Below, one piece after another: positions 1-8,534 of a stretch of DNA of 64,000 bases; position 1 is the stretch's first letter; each line of letters opens with the position of its first letter. A program made the translations under genes and the position numbers. Below the pieces are notes generated by a model. That model was not told where the DNA came from, ran no database searches, and saw nothing but the letters and a program-made list of their open reading frames with translations. The stretch lies in the NCBI GenBank assembly GCA_041659525.1, contig JBAZYC010000001.1, forward strand, positions 653,731-717,730, in the 5' to 3' direction. The stretch is from an archaeon (GTDB lineage: Archaea > Iainarchaeota > Iainarchaeia > Iainarchaeales > JAAZKV01).

Positions 1-38
1 TTTATTATTGTTTTTGTTTTAATTATTTGGTTATTTTT

Positions 39-827
39 ATGGCTAGAGTTATTGCTGTTGCTTCTGGAAAAGGCGGTACAGGTAAAACAACGATTACCGC
101 GAATTTAGGAATTGCTCTTTCTAAACTTGGGCAAAAAGTTCTCCTAATCGATGCAGATGTGGCAATGGCAAATCTTTCACTAATACTTGGAATGCAATCT
201 TCTCCAATTACTCTTCACGATGTATTACTTGGAGAGGCCCAAGTTCATGATGCTATTTATGACGGACCAGAAGGAGTTAGATTTATTCCTTCTGGATTAA
301 GTCTTGATAATTACAAAAGAGTTGATAGCGAGAGACTAAGTAGTGTTGTTTCTCAATTAACTGAAGAGTACGATTTTATTTTACTTGATGTGGCTGCAGG
401 AATTGAAAAAAATGTTTTATCAGCTCTTAGTGCTTCTCAAGAAACTTTAATGGTTACAATGCCAACCTCTCCAGCAATCGCTGATGCTTTGAAAACAAAA
501 ATAGTTGCTCAAAGACTTGGCTCAAAAGTAATTGGGGTAATAATTAATTTTGTAATGAGTGAAAAAGGAGAAATAACAAAGAATGATATTTCAAATATGC
601 TTGAACTTCCTGTTTATGGGAGTGTTCCTTATGATCCTGAAGTAAGGAAAAGTTTTATGCAAGAAAAAGTGGCTCCGGTTATTGTAAGAAAACCTGATTG
701 CCCAGCTGCAGAAGAGATAGCTAAAATAGCATCTAGAATGACTGGATTAAAAGTGCAGGAAAAAGTTGCTGCAAAAAAAATTGGACTCTTGGAAAAATTT
801 ATTTCTTTTTTCAAGAAGAAAAAATGA
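39..827 (+). CDS. minD: MinD/ParA-family P-loop ATPase (archaeal MinD type)
   Basis: Deviant Walker A SGKGGTGKTT near the N-terminus and an LLIDAD strand. ATG at 39 lies inside track ORF 27..827 (27 is TTG). C-terminal amphipathic basic tail GLLEKFISFFKKKK. Confidence 0.85.
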   Translation: MARVIAVASGKGGTGKTTITANLGIALSKLGQKVLLIDADVAMANLSLILGMQSSPITLHDVLLGEAQVHDAIYDGPEGVRFIPSGLSLDNYKRVDSERLSSVVSQLTEEYDFILLDVAAGIEKNVLSALSASQETLMVTMPTSPAIADALKTKIVAQRLGSKVIGVIINFVMSEKGEITKNDISNMLELPVYGSVPYDPEVRKSFMQEKVAPVIVRKPDCPAAEEIAKIASRMTGLKVQEKVAAKKIGLLEKFISFFKKKK

Positions 828-836
828 GGTGTTTAG

Positions 837-1055
837 ATGAATAATAGACCATTCGATTTATTGAATGACGCAATAGAAAAAGAAGTACTAGTTGTACTAA
901 AAGGAAACAACCAAATAAGGGGAACCCTAAAAGCATTTGATGTGCACATGAACTTGCACCTTGAAAACGCCTCACAAATAGTAGAAGGGGAAATGAAGAC
1001 TAAATATGGAAAAGTAATGGTACGCGGAGACAGCGTAATATTAATTTCTCCTTAA
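837..1055 (+). CDS. Sm-like (LSm/SmAP) RNA-binding protein
   Basis: 72 aa. Sm1/Sm2-like pattern (VLVVLKGNNQIRGTLKAFDVHMNLHL ... VMVRGDSVILI). AGGTG 5 nt upstream of the ATG. Confidence 0.85.
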   Translation: MNNRPFDLLNDAIEKEVLVVLKGNNQIRGTLKAFDVHMNLHLENASQIVEGEMKTKYGKVMVRGDSVILISP

Positions 1056-1075
1056 ACAAGTTTAGGGCATGTATG

Positions 1076-1110
1076 GAGCAGGCAAAAGGCTTGCTCTTTC
1101 TTTATTTTTT
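1076..1110 (+). terminator. Hairpin plus T-tract after the Sm gene
   Basis: GAGCAGGC / GCTTGCTC stem (1076-1096) followed by TTTCTTTATTTTTT. Confidence 0.5.
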
Positions 1111-1211
1111 ATCTCTGTTTTTTGAATGCATAAGCTTTTTATTCAAGAATTACTAACTTATAACTGATTAGTCGTATTCGTTGTAATGGTTAGTCATACT
1201 TGGCGATATTA

Positions 1212-2885
1212 ATGGATAAGCGAGAAACAGTCATTGAATCTATTCAGAAACTTTTGGCTTTAGGGGTGGCTGATTCTGAGATTGCTGAAAATCTTTACGA
1301 TGTTGGAATAGCTAAAGAGGAAGCAAGAGATTTAATTTTGTCTGCAAAAAATCCTCCAATTTTAAAAGAAAATTCTGCCCTGGCAGCTATTCAACAAAAC
1401 ACTCAAAGTGTTAAGCAAAATGATTTGTTTGAAGAAGCTCCTTCAAAACTTAGTATGAATGATCAAATAATTAATCAACTTCCAATTGATAAAAAAGCGG
1501 AAGTTCAACCAGTTGCAAAAAAAGTTGTTTCTAGTGCTGAAGAATCAAATAATATTGCTGATAAAATAATGCTTGATGTTTCCCAACAGGATGGGAACGA
1601 AGAAGAGGGAGAGGACATTGAGGATGAAGTTGAAAAAACACTTAATGCAGTAAACAAATATCAATCACAACAACAAGTAAATCAAAATCAACAAAACAAT
1701 AATCAACCTTCTCAATCACAAAAAAACCAATCCGCTTTAACTCCTGAACAAAAAGCAATTGACCAAAGATTAGTTCTTCAAAAATCAATTGCTGCACTTA
1801 AAGCTCAAAATAATCAAGTTCCAAATTCACAAAATGTTTCTCAGTCACAGCAAGTTGCTCCTTCACAAGTTTCTCAACAAAATCAATTCCAATCGCAGCA
1901 ATCTCAATTTCAACAAAAATCTTTTTCACAAATACCTAATGTTGGTTTTCCGGTTAATTCTGCTAATAATCAAAATCCTTTTTCGACAAGACCAAGTGTT
2001 TCAATGGATTCAAGTCCTGATTTTGAAGAACTTTGGAAAAAAGGAATTGTTGTTGCAGTGAATGCAAAACTAGCTGAGATGAAGCACTTAAATGAAGATA
2101 TTTCTGCACAAATACAAGACCGTGTTGATGAAGCAGTTAGAAAAGAATTGTATCAATTCAAAATACTGCAGGATTCTCAAAAGGAATTAATGATTTCAAG
2201 TAACAGAGAAGCACTTGATCAGAAACAAAAAGAAATTGTTTTTATTATTGATTCAAAAATAATGGAAATAAAGCAACACAACAAACAGTTATCTGAAACA
2301 CTTTCTGCAATTGAGTCTTCAAGAAAACAACAAGAAATGGCCCTTACTCAAATTTCTCAAGCACTTGATGATGCAAAGAAAGTAAAGTCACAAATGATAG
2401 TGGAAATGAATTCTGAAATGATTAAAACAAAGTCACAAGCCCAAGCGTTTATTGATAATGCTACTACTCACCTCAACCAAATGGATGAAAGAATAAATAA
2501 AACTCTTGAACTTGAAAAAAATATTGCTGAAGGAATGTTAGCTCAAGCAGAACAAAAGATAGAAAATCTTACAATTCAAAAAGCGGATGATTTAATCGCA
2601 AATATGGAAGTAGAGCTAAATAGACTTCAAACTATTAGTAAAAAGATTTCTCCTGAAATGCTTGAGCAAAAGATTTCTGTTCTTGAAGAATTCAAAAAGC
2701 AATTCCTTACAAGTATGCAACAAAATTTAACTCAAATCAATTCAGCAATTGATGAATTGAATCAAAAGAATATTTTAGCTGAAAGAACTCTACAAGAAAA
2801 AACTCTTGCAATTGATGCAAAGATAGAGGAACTTTCTAAGTTTGAAAAATCTTTTACTGAAAAGATTAATCAAATGCTTCAATAG
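1212..2885 (+). CDS. Hypothetical protein: small helical N-domain, Q/N/S-rich low-complexity linker, long C-terminal coiled coil
   Basis: Long uninterrupted ORF; first ATG at 1212 (track start 1200 is TTG). Residues ~150-260 are Q/N/S repeats. The C-terminal ~280 aa is heptad-like and rich in E/K/Q/L. I recognise no catalytic motif. Confidence 0.6.
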   Translation: MDKRETVIESIQKLLALGVADSEIAENLYDVGIAKEEARDLILSAKNPPILKENSALAAIQQNTQSVKQNDLFEEAPSKLSMNDQIINQLPIDKKAEVQPVAKKVVSSAEESNNIADKIMLDVSQQDGNEEEGEDIEDEVEKTLNAVNKYQSQQQVNQNQQNNNQPSQSQKNQSALTPEQKAIDQRLVLQKSIAALKAQNNQVPNSQNVSQSQQVAPSQVSQQNQFQSQQSQFQQKSFSQIPNVGFPVNSANNQNPFSTRPSVSMDSSPDFEELWKKGIVVAVNAKLAEMKHLNEDISAQIQDRVDEAVRKELYQFKILQDSQKELMISSNREALDQKQKEIVFIIDSKIMEIKQHNKQLSETLSAIESSRKQQEMALTQISQALDDAKKVKSQMIVEMNSEMIKTKSQAQAFIDNATTHLNQMDERINKTLELEKNIAEGMLAQAEQKIENLTIQKADDLIANMEVELNRLQTISKKISPEMLEQKISVLEEFKKQFLTSMQQNLTQINSAIDELNQKNILAERTLQEKTLAIDAKIEELSKFEKSFTEKINQMLQ

Positions 2886-2948
2886 ATTTTTTGATTTAGT
2901 AATTAATTCTAATTTTAAAAATTAAATTCTTTGATTAGAATTTTATGA

Positions 2949-4037
2949 TTAATTTCCTTTTGTAGTTCTGCAAGTAAGGGTTTGATTATATTTTTTTAAG
3001 TGGGTTTTATCTTCTTTTTTTCCTTTGCTTTGCCCATCTTGTTTCTTTGATTCATTTTTTATTGTGTTAATCATTTCACAAGCTTTACATAATTCTTTTT
3101 CAGTTGGCTCCTGGCAGTTTTTGCATTCGTGCAGAGCTTTGTTTAGCACAATTTTTTGTTTCTCTGTTGGTTTGATGCTGTTTTTTAATTTTTCATAAAA
3201 TCTTAAAATAGAATATTCTGTTCCAGGGAATCTGTTCTCAAAAGTGTTTAGCATTTCTCGGTACTCATTTCTTTTTGCAGTCCAAGAATAAGGACAGCAT
3301 TCTTGCGAATAGTGTTTTATTCCTTTGAATGCACAATACGCGATTATTTCTTTTTCAGGAGTTTCATAAAGTGGTTTTATTCTTTTCACAAATCCTTCAT
3401 GATCAATTATTCCGCTTGTTGCACTCATTCTTTTCATTCTTTCAAAATCATTGTTGAAAACATTCATTACAAAGCTTTGAACTTCATCATCAAGGTTGTG
3501 TCCGGTTGCTAGTTTATCCGCATTAAATTTCTTCGCATATTTATTCATAATATTTCTTCTTAGAGTTCCGCAAAAAGCACAAGTTCCGCCAAGTTTCGGG
3601 TTTGATAAAATTAGGGGCATTAGTTTATCGTTAGTTATTCCAAATTCTTTCTTAAAAGAAATTACAGTACAATCTATTCCAAGTTCTTTACAAGTTTTTT
3701 CTGCGAGTTTTATTGCATTATCTCTGTATCCTTTTACCCCTTCATCAATCACAATTGCTTGGAGAGTATTGTTTCTTGAATAATATTTTTTCATTAAGTG
3801 TAATAGCACAGCTGAATCTTTTCCTCCGCTGTAAGCGATTAAGATTTTTTCTTTAGTTCTAAAAAGATTGTACTTTCTAATAGTTTTTTTGAATCTGTTT
3901 TCAAAGAATTGAACAAAGTGTTTCTCGCAAAAATAATGCGGTCCGTAAGCTAGTGTAATTGCAACTTTGGCATTACACTTATCACACTTTTTTGGAGTAG
4001 GGTTTTGAGTAGTTTCCACTTCTTTTTTGCCTGTCAT
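2949..4037 (-). CDS. PP-loop ATPase of the tRNA 2-thiolation family (TtuA/NcsA-like)
   Basis: SGGKDS PP-loop (AYSGGKDSAVLL). N-terminal CDKC...C..H zinc-finger pattern, internal GTCAFCG, C-terminal CKNC..CKAC. ATG at 4037 (track start 4058 is TTG). Confidence 0.8.
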   Translation of the reverse strand: MTGKKEVETTQNPTPKKCDKCNAKVAITLAYGPHYFCEKHFVQFFENRFKKTIRKYNLFRTKEKILIAYSGGKDSAVLLHLMKKYYSRNNTLQAIVIDEGVKGYRDNAIKLAEKTCKELGIDCTVISFKKEFGITNDKLMPLILSNPKLGGTCAFCGTLRRNIMNKYAKKFNADKLATGHNLDDEVQSFVMNVFNNDFERMKRMSATSGIIDHEGFVKRIKPLYETPEKEIIAYCAFKGIKHYSQECCPYSWTAKRNEYREMLNTFENRFPGTEYSILRFYEKLKNSIKPTEKQKIVLNKALHECKNCQEPTEKELCKACEMINTIKNESKKQDGQSKGKKEDKTHLKKYNQTLTCRTTKGN

Positions 4038-4060
4038 AGTGGAATTTATATATGACAAAG

Positions 4061-4075
4061 TTTAAAGGTATTTAG
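4061..4075. promoter_or_regulatory. TATA-like TTTAAA element between divergent transcription units
   Basis: AGTTTAAAGGTATTT lies ~25 nt from the ATG at 4037 (minus strand) and ~25 nt from the start of the GC-rich island (plus strand). TTTAAA is palindromic, so it could serve both directions. Confidence 0.3.
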
Positions 4076-4087
4076 TGGTTCTATGCG

Positions 4088-4345
4088 CCCAATTAGTTCT
4101 TTGTTTAAACCATCTGCTCAAGGGAAAAGAAAACCCTCTCCCAGACTTGCAAAAATAAGGGCGAGCGTTGAAGGAAGACTTGCAAGAGTAATTATGCGTA
4201 AAGCCCCTATTGGAATGAGTCCGCTTATGCGTCTTGCTGACGGGAACTTTTTTGTTTTACCAAAGCGAAAAGTTGTTTTGCCAAAAAAAATTAATGGAAG
4301 AGTTCCTCTTCGCTCTGTACTCAGGCGGGTACGCTAATAAGGTTT
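4088..4345 (+). ncRNA. Candidate structured ncRNA, class unresolved (a reduced RNase P RNA is the leading guess, SRP RNA not excluded)
   Basis: G+C-enriched island in AT-rich DNA. The overlapping 84-aa ORF uses CGC/CCG/GCG/CGG/GGG codons that neighbouring genes avoid, and it lacks a GGTGA SD. CCCAAUUAG (4088-4096) is complementary to CUAAUAAGG (4334-4342). GAGCG (4163-4167) pairs with CGCUC (4311-4315), and GUCCGC (4219-4224) with GCGGGU (4325-4330). A T-run follows at 4343-4353. Confidence 0.35.
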
Positions 4346-4446
4346 CTTTTTTTGGACCTTAACAGTAAATTTATAAATGCTTTTTTGGGAAGTTTTGTTA
4401 TACTGGTGAGTTAAACGGCAGTATTTTTTTAAATGGTGAATTTTAG

Positions 4447-5040
4447 ATGGGCGCAGCAAAATACATTAAGAAAGCATTCCAAAGTGAATGGAAAGGGGTA
4501 AAGGATTCTAATTACGATTATTCTTTAATGATGAGACAAAGAGGTCTTGCATACAGAAATGATGAGTTAGCTGTTGTTAAAGTTGATAAGCCTACTAATT
4601 TACCTTCTGCTAGAAGTGTTGGTTATAAAGCAAAGCAAGGAATTTTTGTTGTTAGAGTTAGAGTGAGAAAAGGAACAGGAACTCACCACAGACCAAAAAA
4701 CAAAAGAAGACCAAAGAGACAAGGACAAGCTAAACTTTCAAGAAAAATTAGTACTCAAGCAATGGCTGAACAAAAATCTTCAAAAAGATTTGAGAACGCT
4801 GAAAGTTTAGGTTCTTACAAAGTTGCTGAAGATGGTAAATGGCACTACTTTGAAGTTGTTATGGCTGATAGAGAAGCTTCAACAATTGCTAGTGACAAGA
4901 ATTTGAAATACTTAGCACACGGTCACAAAGGAAGATCAGAGAGAGGAAAGACTTTCGCTGGTGGATCAAATAAAGAATTTAACAAGAAGAACAAGAAAAA
5001 GCACAGAGCAAAAATTGCGCTTGATCACCACTTCGGTTAA
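4447..5040 (+). CDS. rpl15e: 50S ribosomal protein L15e
   Basis: MGAAKYIKKAFQ... N-terminus and a strongly basic RVRVRKGTGTHHRPKNKRRPKRQG segment typical of L15e. GGTGA SD. Confidence 0.9.
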   Translation: MGAAKYIKKAFQSEWKGVKDSNYDYSLMMRQRGLAYRNDELAVVKVDKPTNLPSARSVGYKAKQGIFVVRVRVRKGTGTHHRPKNKRRPKRQGQAKLSRKISTQAMAEQKSSKRFENAESLGSYKVAEDGKWHYFEVVMADREASTIASDKNLKYLAHGHKGRSERGKTFAGGSNKEFNKKNKKKHRAKIALDHHFG

Positions 5041-5060
5041 ATAAATTAAACTGAAAATAG

Positions 5061-5094
5061 TTGCTAGGGCAAAGCTCTAGCAATTTTGATTTTT
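5061..5094 (+). terminator. Hairpin plus T-tract after rpl15e (terminator or attenuator-like)
   Basis: TTGCTAGGGC AAA GCTCTAGCAA stem-loop followed by TTTTGATTTTT. It abuts the next start codon, so it may only attenuate. Confidence 0.4.
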
Positions 5095-5658
5095 ATGGAT
5101 ATGGTTTATACTCAGCCACTCAAAGAGTTGCTGCAAGTTAGTACTTATTTCAAAGAACAGTTAGTTGTTCTCGTAGAAAACGAGAAAGATGAAAAAGTAG
5201 CAAAATCAAACGACTTATTTCCTTGCTATTTAATTAAAGAAGCTACTTCTGAAAGTGACTTACAAAAACTTTCTTCAAAAACAAAAGCTGTTCTTGGCGG
5301 AAGCATTAAAGCTAATGAACTTGCTGTGAGACTAAAAGCAGATTATTTACTTGCTCCTTCTAATGAAAAACAATTCTTTGACTTGGGTTTAGCTCAAAAG
5401 CTTTCTTTGAATGGTACTTGCGTTGTTTTAATGTTTGAAGATTTATTGAAAGCAAATTCTTTTGAGAGACACCAATATTGGAAAAACTATGTTGAACTTG
5501 TTCGTTATTGCAAACAAAAAAAAGTAAAATTTATTGTTGCAAGTGGAACAAAAGATCCTTTGTTACTAAGACCTCCTAAAGTTAGAGAGGCGCTAGCAAT
5601 TCTATTAGGTTTACCTAAAGACAAAGCGAAGGAGTATTTAGAAGAACAATTAAAGTAA
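5095..5658 (+). CDS. rnp3: RNase P protein component 3 (Rpp30 family), assigned mainly by context
   Basis: Position between L15e and Pop5 matches the conserved archaeal superoperon. The size and the C-terminal ASGTKDPLLLRPPKVREALAILLGL segment resemble the Rpp30 TIM-barrel family. Confidence 0.6.
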   Translation: MDMVYTQPLKELLQVSTYFKEQLVVLVENEKDEKVAKSNDLFPCYLIKEATSESDLQKLSSKTKAVLGGSIKANELAVRLKADYLLAPSNEKQFFDLGLAQKLSLNGTCVVLMFEDLLKANSFERHQYWKNYVELVRYCKQKKVKFIVASGTKDPLLLRPPKVREALAILLGLPKDKAKEYLEEQLK

Positions 5659-5714
5659 AACAAAATTAAAAAATAAAAAAGTTATTTGAATTGAAGTAAT
5701 TTGTAGTTGGTTAT

Positions 5715-6065
5715 ATGAAGATTGAAAAAAACAAGAAAGCGATTGTTCCTCTTTCAAAGAGAGAGCGTAAGCGCTACATTTTGTTTGAAATACTAAACGC
5801 AGAAGTTGCGGAAAAGGATTTTTACTTTGGTTTTTGGATTGATTTACTTTCTTTCTTTGGATCAAAAGGTTTAGCTGAAATTAACCCTAAAATGGTTTTA
5901 TTTAAAGCAAATAAAGCAATTGTTAAGTGCCAGCGTGGAAAAGAACTTGATTTAATTGCAGGAACTGCTTTTGTTCAAAAAATCAGGAACAAAAAAATAA
6001 TCATTAACCCTTTACTTACTTCAGGAACAATAAAAACACTCAAAGAACACGCAAAAATAGAATAA
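5715..6065 (+). CDS. rnp2: RNase P protein component 2 (Pop5 family)
   Basis: KRERKRYILFEI N-terminal signature; ~116 aa; superoperon position. Confidence 0.75.
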   Translation: MKIEKNKKAIVPLSKRERKRYILFEILNAEVAEKDFYFGFWIDLLSFFGSKGLAEINPKMVLFKANKAIVKCQRGKELDLIAGTAFVQKIRNKKIIINPLLTSGTIKTLKEHAKIE

Positions 6066-6209
6066 ATTAGACTTGCATTTTTCCATTCAAACAACCTTTT
6101 TAAACCATTCCAATTGTCATTATATCGAGCAAAATAAAGGGGAAAAAAGCGCTTTGTTTGGAGCGTTTGTTAGTTTCTTTTTACAATTTAAAGAATTGAA
6201 GGTGATTTG

Positions 6210-6929
6210 ATGTATCCGGTACAAAATTCTAAAGTTCCAGCTTATGATAAAGCTGCTACAATGTTCTCTCCTGATGGAAGACTTTACCAAGTAGAATATG
6301 CTTCAAAGATTGTTGAACAAGGAACTACTGGAGTAGGAATTATTTTTGACGGCGGAGTAGTACTTGCAGCTGATAAAAGTATTACAAGTAAATTAGTTAT
6401 CCCTGAGTCAATTGAAAAAATATTTAAAATTGATGAAAACATTGCAGTTGTTTCTGCTGGTTTAGTTGGAGATGCTAGAAGATTAGTTGGGATAGCAAGA
6501 AGACAAGCCCAAGACAACAAAATGGTTTACTCTGAAAGAATTCAAGTTGAAACAATGGCTAAAGAAATAGCTGAAACAAAACAAGCATTTACTCAATACG
6601 GTGGACTTAGACCATTTGGAGTTGCTTTTATTATTGGTGGGCTTGATGAGAAGGGCTCAAAATTATTTGAAACAGAACCAAGCGGAGCACTTGCTGAATA
6701 CAAAGCAGTTGCGGTTGGAAGAAACAAAGACAAAGCAATGGAAGTATTTGAAAAAGAATTCAAAGAAGGTTTAACTCTTAACGAAGCAGCTGCTATTGCT
6801 TACAAAGCAATTGAAAAAAGTTTGCCTGAGAAAGAAAAAATGATTCCTGGAAGACTGGAATTTGCAATAGTGGATAAGAAAGGATTTAGACACCTTTCTG
6901 AAAAAGAATTGAAAGCAGTTTTCAAATAA
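6210..6929 (+). CDS. psmA: Proteasome alpha subunit
   Basis: YDKAATMFSPDGRLYQVEYA alpha-subunit N-terminal signature. GGTGA SD. ATG at 6210. Confidence 0.95.
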   Translation: MYPVQNSKVPAYDKAATMFSPDGRLYQVEYASKIVEQGTTGVGIIFDGGVVLAADKSITSKLVIPESIEKIFKIDENIAVVSAGLVGDARRLVGIARRQAQDNKMVYSERIQVETMAKEIAETKQAFTQYGGLRPFGVAFIIGGLDEKGSKLFETEPSGALAEYKAVAVGRNKDKAMEVFEKEFKEGLTLNEAAAIAYKAIEKSLPEKEKMIPGRLEFAIVDKKGFRHLSEKELKAVFK

Positions 6930-7013
6930 ATTACATTAATTATCTAATAAGTTCCAAGTGAGGGAAAGCTAGAAAAAGCTTGGATCATAAATATAGCAAA
7001 AGAAGGAAAGAAT

Positions 7014-7715
7014 ATGGTTAGAGTAGAGGACGCTGTAGTTGCGCGCTTAGAACGATTCGGTTTTAAATTTGAAATACTAGTTGACCCTATTCTTGCTATG
7101 CAAGTAAAACACGGAATAGAAGTTCCAATGGATAAGTTACTTGCAATTGAAAGAGTATTCAAAGACCATAAAGCTGGAGATGAACAATCTCTTGAAAACA
7201 TGAAGAAAGCTTTTGCAACAGAAGATTTTTCAGTTATAGTAAAAAAAATTATTAATGATGGAGAAGTACAATTAACAACTGAACAAAGAAGACAGATGAT
7301 TGAGAGAAAGCGACTTGAAATAATTAATTTCATTTCAAGAAACACAATTAATCCTCAAACAAAAACTCCTCACCCTCCGCAGAGAATTGAGAATGCAATG
7401 GAAGTAGAAAAAATTCATATTGATCCGTTTAAGAGTGTAGAAGAACAAGTAAACGAAATTGTGAAAGCCATTAGACACTTAATTCCAATTTCAATGGAGA
7501 AAATTGATTTTGCAATTAAAGTACCAGCACAATATTCAGGAAAATGTGCTAGTATTATTAGAAAATATGAAATAAAAAAAGAAGAATGGTTAAATGATGG
7601 TTCACTTGCAGCTCATTTTGTTTTGCCCGCAGGAGCACAACAAGATTTGTTAAACGAACTCAATTCAGTAACACACGGAGAAATTGTAGTTAAAATAATT
7701 GGAACGGCAATGTAA
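7014..7715 (+). CDS. SBDS-family ribosome maturation protein (Sdo1)
   Basis: [22 protein letters not shown]-domain start; ~233 aa; conserved position between psmA and rrp4. Confidence 0.85.
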   Translation: MVRVEDAVVARLERFGFKFEILVDPILAMQVKHGIEVPMDKLLAIERVFKDHKAGDEQSLENMKKAFATEDFSVIVKKIINDGEVQLTTEQRRQMIERKRLEIINFISRNTINPQTKTPHPPQRIENAMEVEKIHIDPFKSVEEQVNEIVKAIRHLIPISMEKIDFAIKVPAQYSGKCASIIRKYEIKKEEWLNDGSLAAHFVLPAGAQQDLLNELNSVTHGEIVVKIIGTAM

Positions 7716-7788
7716 AAATTATTTTTTGGATTTAAGATTTTATGAATTTGATTTTAGAATTATAGTTATATTTTACGAAGGTGAATGA

Positions 7789-8508
7789 ATGAAGAAATTG
7801 GTAGTACCTGGAGAATTAATTTCTCAAGAAAGAAAACGTCTTGGAAGCAACGTCTTTGTTTCTAACGGCAAAATATATTCCAAAGTACTTGGAATAACAG
7901 AATTAGGAGACGAAAAAGCAAGCGTAGTTCCGCTTGAGGGAAAATACATGCCTCAACAGGACGACGTAGTAATTGGTGTAGTGAATAGAGTAGTATTCGC
8001 AGGTTACGGAGTTAACCTAAACTCGTTCACAGAATCTTTTATACCAAAATCTGGTGTGAGAGAAGAACTAAAGAGCGGAGATTTAATTTCAGCAAAAATT
8101 AGTTACGTAAACGAATTAAGAGAAGCTGACCTTGATTTCCCAAGAAGAATGTTTGGCGGAGAAGTAATAGAAGTTACTCCTGTTAGAACACCAAGATTAA
8201 TTGGAAAAAATGGTTCAATGCTTGAACTATTAAAACAAGGAACTGGATGCGATATTGTTATCGGAAAAAACGGCAGAGTATGGGCAAAAAATGGTAACTT
8301 GGAAGTGTTGAGAAAAGTTGTTAATTTCATTAATGACAATTCCTACAAAAGCAACTTGACTAATTCAGTAGAAGCTTTTTTCAAAGCTGAAGGAATCCAA
8401 GTTAGTGTTCCAAAAAGAGAAGACAATGTTAATGCAAAACCAAAAATGGAAGAAAATGAGAACTTGGAAGAATCAGAAGTTCTTTCAGAAACAGAGAGTA
8501 CAAATTAA
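7789..8508 (+). CDS. rrp4: Exosome RNA-binding subunit Rrp4 (S1 + KH)
   Basis: VVPGELIS N-terminus, an S1-like middle and KH-like LIGKNGSMLELLKQGTGCDIVIGKNGRVW. Lies upstream of rrp41/rrp42. Confidence 0.85.
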   Translation: MKKLVVPGELISQERKRLGSNVFVSNGKIYSKVLGITELGDEKASVVPLEGKYMPQQDDVVIGVVNRVVFAGYGVNLNSFTESFIPKSGVREELKSGDLISAKISYVNELREADLDFPRRMFGGEVIEVTPVRTPRLIGKNGSMLELLKQGTGCDIVIGKNGRVWAKNGNLEVLRKVVNFINDNSYKSNLTNSVEAFFKAEGIQVSVPKREDNVNAKPKMEENENLEESEVLSETESTN

Positions 8509-8534
8509 GGAGATAACGATTAAAGGTGAATTAC

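Noticed and set aside
1789-2061. 90-aa alternative-frame ORF inside the Q/N-rich region of 1212..2885
   Set aside because: It is a frame artefact of the repetitive CAA/AAT-rich sequence, and the long frame is continuous across it.
4083-4337. 84-aa basic ORF (MRPISSLFKPSAQGKRK...) taken at face value as a protein gene
   Set aside because: Its codon usage (CGC, CCG, GCG, CGG, GGG) is atypical for this AT-rich genome. It has no GGTGA SD and resembles no family I know. The region has end-to-end and internal complementarity. I treat it as a by-product of a GC-rich structured RNA, though a small basic protein cannot be excluded.
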